A stretch of DNA of 64,000 bases from Azolla caroliniana (Eukaryota; Plantae; Polypodiophyta). Where the stretch lies: NCBI GenBank assembly GCA_043228905.1, contig JBHGNT010000111.1, positions 18,133 through 82,132 of the forward strand, in the 5' to 3' direction. How positions within the stretch are numbered: the first letter of the stretch is position 1; each line of letters opens with the position of its first letter. The translations under genes were made by a program, and so were the position numbers. Shown piece by piece: positions 54,655 through 64,000 of the stretch. The notes beneath the pieces were generated by a model. The model did no database searches and was not told where the DNA came from. It worked only from the letters and a program-made list of their open reading frames with translations.

Positions 54655-56310
54655 ACTCCGGCATGGGATATCTCGTCAACACGATCCACTTTCGGCACGC
54701 GTCCAACTTGTTGGTTGTCAACACCTTGGTCAGCATGTCCGACCCGTTCTCCGTGTGGATCTTCGTAAGCACGAACTCTTGATCTTCTACTCTCTGCTGG
54801 ATCTAGTGGTACCTCCGCTGGATATGTTTCGTCCGGGAATGGTAGGTTGCGTTCCTCGCAAGGTGGATGGCATTTTGATTGTCACAATAGAGCCTGTATT
54901 CCTCCTATTGGATCCCTAACTCTCTGATGAAGTCCTTCATCCAGATTATCTCCCTGCCGGCTTCCATAGCTGCCATGTACTTTGCCTCCGTGGTTGACAA
55001 CGCAACCGTCTCTTGCAGCCTCGACTGCCACGAAACATCTCCCCCTGCATAAGCCATGACATATCCAGATGTAGACTGGCTGGTATTTGCATTAGCCGAT
55101 ATATCCGAATTGGTGAAGACTTCCAAGAGGGGTTTACCAGAGCTGAATCGGAGGCACATACTCGAGGTGCCTTTCAAATACCAGAGTATCCACTTGACCG
55201 CGTTCCAGTGCTCTTTTCCCGGATTGCTCATGAACCGGCTGACTACTTCGACCACATATCCAATATCCGGCTGGGTACATACCATCGTGTACATCAAGCT
55301 TCCGACAACAGAGGAATATGGTATCTTCATCATATCCGTCTTCTCCGCCTTTGTCCTCGGGCTTTGTTTTCCGGATAGCTTGCAGTTTGCCGGAAGTGTC
55401 AATCCGACCGGTTTCACTTCCGACATGTTGAACCGTTGAAGCACCTTTGTCACGTACTTCTCTTGACTCCGGTCCGGTGTTAGGTGGAACGACGCTCCGG
55501 AATCGACAACCCACATTGTCTCGTCGCCGACAAGGTTCAACTCATTCTCCTTGGTAACGAGCATCAGTTCTTCTTCACTTGTCGTGATCGCCGACGTTCC
55601 TTTCCGATCCGGGCCTCTCCGGTCCGAACTCCTCTTCGAATAGGTAGTACCGGTTTCTTTCTCTTTTTGGAAATGCCAATAGTTCTTCTGGAAGTGTCCC
55701 GACTTCCCACAGTAGAACCAAGTAGGCCTCCCCCTTGACTTAGATCTTATCCCCGATTTGTCTCGGTTTTGGGGACTCCGATATTGGCCTCTTCCCCGGT
55801 TGTGGTCATCTTCCGTGACCAAGGCCTTCGGATCGGTTCCGAACTCCCGGTCCTTCCGACAAGCTTCTTCATCTAGCAAGCTCGACTTTACTCTTGCCAA
55901 GGACAACTGCTTTCCTTCCGGCCCGACATTGCCGAATGTGACAACTAGCGTCTCCCAACTATCCAGGAGGGAACCAAGCAGGAGTAATGCGAGTACCTCA
56001 TCGGTGAGAGGTACTTCCAAAGAGGTTGCCTGGTTTATCAGTCCTTGGAAGGCATTCATGTGCTCCGCCATACTAGAGCCTCACTAGATTCTGGAATATC
56101 GAAATCCGATTAACAACATTCTTGTTCTAGAACATGATGCCGATCTTCTCCCAGAGTTCATGAGCCTTACTTTCTTCATTGAAGTTGTTGTACATGGTCA
56201 TGTCGATGAAGCACCGGATGTACGCCGTCGTCCTCATGTGCATCACCTCCCATGTCGTGGCATCGATCTCATCCGGTTTCTTGTCCCCGAACTGTACCGG
56301 CAACCAGAGA
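54653..56310 (-). pseudogene. Ty1/Copia gag-pol remnant (Tnt1/Tork-like), internally deleted
   Basis: Gag (LWLPV...ELWEKIG; ALLLLGSLLDSWETLVVT), a degenerate zinc knuckle (WFYCGKSGHFQKNY) and the protease motif WVVDSGASFH are fused in frame to the RT C-terminus (SQEKYVTKVLQRFNM; PYSSVVGSLMY) and RNase H (STSGYV, VSWQSRLQ, VALSTTEAKY, YCDNQNAIHLA, SRTKHI). Several stops are present and integrase is absent. Confidence 0.92.
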
Positions 56311-56764
56311 TGTTACGGGCATGACCATTTAATATCCCGTGGTGAGAATTTACCGTAGTATTCTATACATGTGGATAAGTGTGAGGGTTAAATGAGAGTG
56401 TAAAAAGGGGTGGATTACTTTTAATCCTCGGGATTGAGACAACCCCTTAGGTCAAGTGTGAACGTGCCTGGGGGCCTTGGGTATCGCTATAAATAAGAGG
56501 CTTAGCTACCCTCATTTGAGGATCTTTTGTCTACATTGAGACTCTGCTCTTGTGGTTGGTCAACTCTTGTAGCGAGCGCGCCAACACCAGGTACGACTCG
56601 ACGCCACGACGGTGGTATGGGACGCCGATCGAGGCTCGAGTCCGTCTTGATCCCTTCGCTCGGGGGTGGTCGGGTGGGTCGGCACCCTTCTTTCTCTTTC
56701 TCCTTTCTATCTATCATTACTTTATCCTTATCTTAAGCTTACTTTAGTACCTAGATCTATAATA
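56311..56764 (+). repeat. 5' LTR of the Gypsy element (about 454 bp)
   Basis: Starts TGTTACGGG, has TATAAATA at ~56488-56495, and ends TCTATAATA two bases before the PBS. That end equals CCCGTAACA (the inverted repeat of the start) with transitions only. No second LTR is available to confirm it. Confidence 0.72.
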
Positions 56765-56766
56765 TT

Positions 56767-56776
56767 TGGTATCAGA
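56767..56776 (+). promoter_or_regulatory. Primer binding site complementary to initiator tRNA-Met
   Basis: TGGTATCAGA matches the first 10 nt of the canonical plant PBS TGGTATCAGAGC. Confidence 0.8.
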
Positions 56777-57011
56777 TTTATGTACTAATGTTTCTTTGTT
56801 TTTCATTTGTCGTTTGATTGATGGTGATCGATCGATGTGCGGTCGGCCTTCATCCAGACAACGATCAACAAAGAACTTCGGTAACTCTTTCCATAATTTT
56901 TCTTTCTATTGTCTCTTCTCCCATCTAATCATGTGTTTAGTTTATATGTCATTTTTTTTTCATTAAGTCAATGATGTTGTAGTGGTCTTTAATTGATTAT
57001 CTAAAACGTTT

Positions 57012-57280
57012 ACATATGTGCATGAGGTCAATACCTCGTTGGACATATTAATAATATGTGATGAGTGTCGTATGCGTACGAGGTTAATACCTCAATTACG
57101 TATTACGTTCACGAACATATGTTACGTTTGCGTATAAGTTTAATACCTTGATTTGCTGTAAACGATATGCGGTTGGTTTCGTATGCGTAAGAGGTCAATA
57201 CCTCAATTGCGTATTACGATGATCTCTTATTTGAGGATGTTTCGTGTGCGTAGAGGTATATACCTCGATTACGTATCTCG
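57012..57280 (+). repeat. Array of five spaced palindromic repeats (core GAGGT-N4-ACCTC) in the Gypsy 5' leader
   Basis: Cores at 57024, 57080, 57136 (degenerate), 57191 and 57253, with spacings of 56, 56, 55 and 62. The extended unit is about CGTATGCGTA-N-GAGGTYAATACCTC-AATTRCGTATTACG. Confidence 0.85.
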
Positions 57281-58422
57281 ATCACATCATTTGTGGCTAT
57301 TTAATATAACGATATGTTTAATATAGGCATATGTGGTCACATATATACGTATTTGATCGTATATATGTGATAAGTAAACATATGTGTATATTCGTTATTA
57401 CGTGATTATATCGAAAGTTGTCCTTGTCGGGAAAAGGATGTTGGTGGCGTTGTCACCATCCCTTTTTCAACAATTTTTTATTGTTGACAACCTCGTTGAT
57501 GACCTCGATTTCGTTACGTAAAGAAACGCCTATAGCCATAATGATGTTGAGTACGTAGGGCTTGACCCATTTCAAGTGAGGTCGCTCCAATGACACACGT
57601 ATCCAACATCCCTCCCTCGTTACATGGATACGATGCCACAATGAGCTCGTTCTTACGAGAGGCATTCGTAATGACGTGACCATGTGATGGGCCACGTGAG
57701 CCTACTACGAAACGAGGGCTCATTTGGCTTGACCATTAGGTTGCACTTTGGCGTATGTCATCGTAATTACGAGACTTGAGGTTAGGTAACGTACCAACAT
57801 AGTTTTGGTAAATGAGGGCGAAATAAGGACCCTTGACATATATGTTCTTTTAGAAAAAACATATATGATCTCGCATATCTCTTATACGCATCAAACATTA
57901 AGCATTCGAGAAGAGCAACTTACTTGGTTGGCTCAAGTGTTTAATGTATTTGTTCTCGAGGTGTCGAGTTCAAATATGACCAAGACCATACAACATCCTT
58001 GATACATATGACTATAACACATGTTTAGACTTAAGGTCTAAGTGCACCTCAGGGTCCTCGTAATAGGACTTAAAGAGCCGAAACCACATATGTGGGCACC
58101 GAAACATAGTTTATTGTTAACATTTTTTTCGTGTATAAACTATTCATGACACAAACATACATGGTTGAGCCTCGGGGAGCCACCATGAAAAAATCGATAT
58201 AGAGATAAGGGAAAGACATTTATTTGTCACCCCCATGGTTTTAAAAACACCTTTGTGTTACCATAGTAACCTGATCTTGAACCTCATCTCATACGTCTAG
58301 AGGGGTATTGACGTGAGATCATGATATCGATTAATGTTTGCCCATGATATGTTTACATCACGACATGATGTTATGACAATCTCTCTGACCTTATCCTATT
58401 TCTTTTCCAGAAATAATCTTAA

Positions 58423-61074
58423 ATGGCTCAAATTAACGACCCGATGTCATCCGCTCAAGCGGAAGGAACTCAAGGAAATCCTCCTGGACAAATGTCCACT
58501 GAGATGTATTTGGCACAAATAACCCAATACCTTAGTTTCACCGCTCAACAGATGACCGAACTTCGGCAATCTCAGAGTGCTCTTGAGGCACGTGTCATTA
58601 GTCTACAACGTGAGACTAATAGACGTGATGAGTGACAAGGTGAACCATCATTTGTCGTTAAGCCATTTACGGGAGACAAAAAGGAAAGAACCGAAGAAGC
58701 AATCTGCACATGGCTGGGAGGATGGGAGTCTCATTTTGAGCTTTATCCCACGGCAGATAGTACAAAGATTGCATATGTCGGCCGAGAACTCGGGGGTAAG
58801 GCCGCCGCCTGGTGGTGTGGGCTCCGTACTATGGGGAAATTGCCCGATACCTGGACAGATTTTGTCACGGTTTTTAAGGGCCAATTTCTGCAACCTCCCT
58901 CTCGAACCGAGGCAGCACAAGCTTTAATGAACCTCTCTAGCAAGAAATTTTTCTCGCTAGAAGACTATGTTCACCATGCTAGAACCCAAATCCAAAAATC
59001 GGGTCTAGAAGGGGACAATTGGTTGATAGCTTGTTTTGTCAATGGCATCCCCAATTCGGACTATCACTGGATAGTGCACGATAAGGATCCAAAATCCTTC
59101 GAAGAGGCCGTTGAAATAGTTCTTCGCTATCAACGCACTTCGAAGAAGGACCACAACAAACCCAACGAAGCGCCCGGGACTAAGCAGTCGCAATTTGTTG
59201 GGAAACGCAAGACACCCAACGAATTCCTGGATTGCGATTGTAAGCGACAACATCCTTTTTGCGTATTCTGCAAAAAGAAGGGTCATACAAAAGATCAATG
59301 ACGAAAGCTCCAACGGAAAGAGCACGACAACAAAGCTAAAGCTGCAGACCATAAAGGTCAGATTCCTAATGTCCTTTAGGTCTATACACATCATTTAAGT
59401 AATTGTCAATGTTCTTTCCCTCACTATGTATTGGGTCCCAATGATTTACTACGTGCAAACGGGTATATCAATGGATCTCCCGTACAATTTTTATTTGATT
59501 CAGGAAGCTCACACAATTTTGTGAATGATCGTTTGGTTAAGATATGGGGAATCCAACCCACCGTAAGTGATCACACCTACACGGTGCACTTGGCTGATGG
59601 AAGAGTACAATACATCAACGAGGCGATTCATTAATTTGGAATTTCTATTGATGCTTATATAGAGGAAGTAGACTTCCATGTAATGAATCTTTGTACCACC
59701 GATGTAATATTGGGTTATCCCTGGTTTTATAATAAAAACTCTTCTTTATTTATTGATTGGGTTCGCCATTCCATTTCTTTTGTACTGAACGATTGTACGC
59801 ATTTTATTCAATGTGTAAAAAAACAATCCCTCTCGATTGTTTCCTCGTGTCCATCAATATCCGAGTTGTCTTGTTCTACGTTATTTTATTGTGTACTTGA
59901 TCCGGACATTCACGTTTACAATATCGATAATGTCCCGGTTCAATTAACATATTTTGAACAACAACAACTTGATGAAATCTTAAATGATTTTCATGATGTT
60001 TTTCCAAGTGAACTACCTGATGGGTTACCTCCTAAACGAACTATAGACCATCGTATAGATATTGTACCTGGTGTTGCACCAATAAGTATACCTCCGTATC
60101 GCTTAAGTCGATCCGAAGAAGATGAGGTATCTAAGCAACTCAAGGACTATTTACGAATGGGTTATATACGTTATAGTAAATCTCCATGGGGTGCACCAGT
60201 TCTCTTGGTTAAAAAGAAAGAGGGCACATGGCGTATGTGTATTAATTACCGACGCTTGAATAAAGTGACGATCAAGAATTCGTATCCATTGCTCCGGGCT
60301 GACGATCTAATTGACCGTCTCCAGGGGGCTCGGTATTTTACGAAACTTGATCTCCGTACTGGCTACCATCAAATACGAATAAGTGAGGACGATGTTCCTA
60401 AAACGGCATTTCGTACGCACTATGGCCATTACGAGTTTTTGGTTATGCCTTTTGGTTTGACCAATGCTCCGGCTACTTTTCAACAAGAAATGAATGACAT
60501 TTTCCGAGAACAACTTGGAAAATTTGTCGTTATTTTCTTGGATGATATTTTAGTTTATAGCCGTACATTACAAGAACATGCTAGACATGTCTGCTTTGTT
60601 TTACAAACATTGCGTGACAAACAGTTTTATGCAAAGATCTCAAAATGTGAGTTCTTCAAGAAATCAATTACTTATCTAGGACATCTCATAACCGAACGAA
60701 GAGTTGAAATTGATCCTTCTCGCATTGAGAAAATCAAGCTTTGGCCTACTCTTCTGAATATTCGAGAAGTTCGATCATTCCTTGGTTTTGTCGGGTTTTT
60801 GCGAAAGTCTCTTCGTAATTACTCCCAATTGACGACGCCGTTTACTGATATTTTAAAAGGTCAAACGCGTAAGTCTACAAACCCTATTGTGTGGAATGGT
60901 ACACTAGACCTCGCCTTTAAGGAACTCAAGGACTTGGTTTGCAAGGCTCCTTCACTTCTTTTACCTGATCCTTCAAAACCTTTTGAGGTTGAAACCGATC
61001 CAAGTGATTATGCTATAGGTGCTATCTTGTATCAAGATGGTAAACCAATAGCATTCGAGAGTAAGAAACTTAAC
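58423..61074 (+). pseudogene. Gypsy gag-pol, single frame with premature stops
   Basis: ORFs 58423, 58831, 59431 and 59683 share one frame, separated by stops at 58633, 59299, 59377 and 59632. Motifs: capsid (GKAAAWW...TWTDF), zinc knuckle CVFCKKKGHTKDQ*, protease FLFDSGSSHNF, RT ([46 protein letters not shown]) and the start of RNase H ([14 protein letters not shown]). Confidence 0.93.
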
Positions 61075-61086
61075 ACGTTCGCGTTC

Positions 61087-61116
61087 ACAAGTGGAAGGAT
61101 TGCGCATTCCACTTGT
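61087..61116. other. Perfect 10-bp inverted repeat (hairpin) next to the Gypsy truncation point
   Basis: ACAAGTGGAA-GGATTGCGCA-TTCCACTTGT, 12 nt from the end of RNase H homology. Confidence 0.7.
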
Positions 61117-61447
61117 AGAATCTTCTTAAAACGAAGAAAATACACCCTCTCTACAATAATTGGATGCACTAGTATCACATGTTCCTCAACTTGATAAGAA
61201 TTTGCAAATATAAAAATACATGATAGATCTACGAGTGGAGATCATTAGAAATCATGCAAGTTTAGACATGTTGATAAGTTAATGTAGGCATAATAAAGTT
61301 CAACTATGGCTCAATATGGCACTATTGTGCGACAAGGGAAACACTAACTTAAAGACTTATATTAATTAGGTAGGTTTTACAAAAATATGAGGTGTACTTG
61401 TATCTATACTAATAAAATGAGATATAATTTATACTTTGACCCATACG

Positions 61448-61727
61448 TGCATGTATGTAATTGTGGAAAATGTAGGATAGTGCACATTAGGATAAGTGAT
61501 TGGAATAACTAACTTATTAAAGTATTCAATACTTATATTAAAAGTTGATCTAATCTATTCCTCAGTTTGTTCATATGGGATCAAACTATATGTGTATATA
61601 ATTGTGCACAATGTAAGGCAGTGAACTTTAGGATAATGTCGTGGAAATAACAAACCTATTAGGCTTTCATACCTGTATTTAAAATTGATCTACTCTATTG
61701 CTTAGGTGATTCACACAAGATCAAACT
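61448..61727. repeat. Diverged tandem duplication, unit about 140 bp, two copies
   Basis: Shared blocks TAATTGTG, AATGTA, TTAGGATAA, TTGATCTA.TCTATT and GATCAAACT (the last at 61579 and 61719). Confidence 0.7.
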
Positions 61728-62119
61728 CCGAACGATAACGCAACTGGAACCATTATCAACACACTACACAATCTAAGCAGCAATGGAATAGAAACATAAT
61801 AGTTTTAACAATATAAGACAAAGATCCATAATAACAACATGGACAGTCATGGCAACAATTATAGGGCCATGTTCTGTTAAGGTTAGCTTGGACCAAAATC
61901 AGCCTCCATTTAAGCTAGTTCATGTTTCTCCATAAGTTTGGTAGTCAGCTATGCACGCGGTGAAACCAATATCATAAATCTACTAATCAAGTATATAAAA
62001 ATAAAATTGAAACATATAGATGATTATAAAGAATAGAATCCACTAGGTAAAACCCAAAATTTGTATTAATAATGTGAAATCTTAACAAATCGTCAGTGTC
62101 ATATACTTTATAGAGTCTA

Positions 62120-64000
62120 TTACATAGCAATCAATTCATCAACGTCATTTTCTTCATCATCTTGTGTAGAACTGTCTTCGGCTATACGTGCATTGGTTTC
62201 CCCTGTTAGCCGAGCCAACGAAATATCTTCTATAAGCTCATCATCAAGCTCTATTAGCTCCCCCGGTTCGCCGGCTAACGGAGGAATAGGCTCTCGCGAA
62301 GCAGGTTGAAACCTTTCTGTATTAGCGAGGTTCTTTGCACCGACCTCCTCATCCTAGTCTGGGCACTCCCACAAAGCCTTAATCCGCATATTAATAAATA
62401 TAACTTGGTCCTCGTCCTTCTCCAATGCAACTGTATTTCTAAACAGCTTCAATGCACATGCTGACGTAGTTCCTATGATGTAAGTAACAAGAAGATTTAG
62501 TTGTCAAACGAAAAAAAAGTGATTGGTTATCTCAAGATCGTTACCCTAGTTCGAGGAATACCTGTGCCAGAAAAGAGATCTAATATCCAGTCTCCTTCGA
62601 CAGAAAACATCTCGATCAAGCGCATCATAAGTCGTTGAGGTTTTTGGTATGGGTTGACAAGTCCCCGTTCTGTCGTGGTGACATGTCGCAATTTCCGAGT
62701 CACTGCTGGATATACCAACAGATTTGAACCTCCCACTTCATTAGAATGCTCTTTGATTCTCTGTTTTTTAATTTCATCGAAGTAGCCAACCGTTATGTAT
62801 TCAATGGCATTAACGAACCGAAAAGTTGGCCCTCTATTTACATTGGTCTTGATCCTATAAAAAATAATTCATCGAGTTAAGAATAGATTCAACAACCTTA
62901 AGAATTGCAATATAATGAAAGACACCTATAAATAATCCTTACCATGCAAGGTTCTCGATGCCATGGCAACGAGATCTCAAAGCTTGAGCTACCGAGTACC
63001 CTTGGTCCATACTATGAAAGACAACTATTCGCCACAAGGATGCGGTCGTTAGCTCAGCGAAATCCTTGACCATCTTCTCCAATTGTTTAAACCTAAACGG
63101 TTCATCGTCGTATGATGACCCAGCCATTCGAAATCCGTAAGGAATATCCGCAATCATTAGCGTATATTCCTTCTTTGGCACCTTCTGGATCAAGTCGATG
63201 ACATCACCGCAAACCACATTGTAGTAAAGATCTCTCGTAATATCTTTTTTGTGGCTAAATTTTTTAAACGAGCCATCTTCCTCCATTTCGTACGCCTTGA
63301 CTAAGCGACGATCCTTTTCTTTTCTGGCTCGCTCGAGATGTGCAAGGAAGGATGTAGGGAAATCGTGTATATCCTTAACTTCTCCTTGTTTCTTGCCTCG
63401 ACACGGTTTCTAATAGAAGCAATAGGACATCAGGTATTATTATACAAGCTCTACATATGATGAAAGGGTAATGAAAAAACATGAATACTAACCCAATCCT
63501 TGAATGCAATAAAATACTCTGATAACGCCTTATACGAAGACGTTAGAGGATAATCCTCGGTCACTTGTTCCCAAGTTATACATCCAAGTTGTTTCATCAT
63601 AACTTCTTGGATCTTCATGTACACCTTATGACTGTAAAATTAGAAATCAAGATTAGAACTTTGAATTACACCAGATAGACTACAATTTCAGTATTTGAAA
63701 GACTTACTTATTGAACTCAGTGACCATTTCTTCAAGGCTTAAATCTTTCGCCACAACCCTTGACAAAACCGACACAAGAAGTTGCTCGTCCTTAATACCT
63801 TGCATCGCTCTCCATAGAGACAGCTTCATGTCGTCTGCCGCTTCTTCAATTGTCAAGTCAATTTTCTTGGCGGCTTGTGACTTTAATTCTAGTTGAGGGT
63901 CAACCCTACATTTCTTTTGTCGTTGACCCTTTACCTCCTTATTCTCCCACATTGAGAAGATTTGATCTTGGAGGTCCCATACTTCTCCATCTCTAAACGC
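62120..64000 (-). CDS. Spliced gene (5' end outside the window) for a beta-class N6-adenine/N4-cytosine DNA methyltransferase-domain protein
   Basis: Exons 64000-63708, 63631-63493, 63409-62943, 62854-62562 and 62472-62354 join in one frame (436 codons to TAG) through GT-AG introns of 76, 83, 88 and 89 nt. Motifs in order: VCGDVIDLI, LMIADIPY (63148-63137), AWIKTN...IEYITVGY, NPYQKPQRLMMRLIEMFS, GDWILDLFSGTGTTSACALKLFRNTVALEKD. The frame stays open past the TAG, through an acidic tail, to TAA at 62122-62120. Confidence 0.88.

Larger units (their letters stand above)
56311..61074 (+). mobile_element. Ty3/Gypsy (chromovirus-like) LTR retrotransposon, 3'-truncated, inserted in the Copia gag
   Basis: The order is 5' LTR, PBS, long leader, gag-PR-RT-RNaseH. 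It begins TGTTAC exactly where Copia gag homology stops and ends within RNase H (AFESKKLN). There is no integrase or 3' LTR. Confidence 0.9.

Noticed and set aside
54362-56087. Plus-strand ORFs 54362-54919, 55013, 55056, 55484 and 55758
   Set aside because: They are antisense shadows of the Copia pol, LTR and microsatellite, with no recognisable motifs.
56502-58002. Short ORFs in the Gypsy LTR and leader
   Set aside because: No domain signatures; they overlap the LTR, PBS and structured non-coding leader.
61075-61194. C-terminal 39 residues of the 503-aa pol ORF
   Set aside because: This is run-on translation into unrelated sequence after the RNase H truncation.
62120-64000. Bacterial contamination as the source of the methyltransferase
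   Set aside because: Four frame-preserving spliceosomal introns with AT-rich interiors and pyrimidine-rich acceptors, plus contiguity with plant-type retroelements, argue for a resident eukaryotic gene.
1-64000. Direct functional link in which the MTase methylates the neighbouring satellite (GATATC and TCGA sites)
   Set aside because: Only proximity supports it. Target specificity cannot be read from the sequence, so it remains a hypothesis for modification-calling data.

Overview
Eukaryotic heterochromatin, most likely a land plant and plausibly a bryophyte (inferred from the transposon mix and the short GT-AG introns). Bases 1-53,398 are a centromere-like tandem satellite with a 178-bp monomer (about 300 copies). 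The array switches strand once, at ~13,646, through a fold-back hairpin, and it has higher-order repeats of 3,148 bp (18 monomers) and 14,166 bp (about 80 monomers). All ORFs called inside the array are artefacts of the repeat. The array ends abruptly against a pile of truncated transposons: a 5'-truncated RTE/RTE-X-like LINE with an (ATCT)n tail, an internally deleted Copia element on the minus strand, and a Gypsy/chromovirus-like element inserted into the Copia gag. The long 5' leader of the Gypsy carries an array of five regularly spaced hairpin repeats. The most striking item is at 62,120-64,000 on the minus strand. It is a spliced gene (five exons in the window, four GT-AG introns of 76-89 nt, frame preserved across all four) encoding a prokaryote-type beta-class N6-adenine/N4-cytosine DNA methyltransferase (DIPY ... 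QKP ... LDLFSGTGTT), possibly carried by a mobile element whose end truncates the Gypsy.
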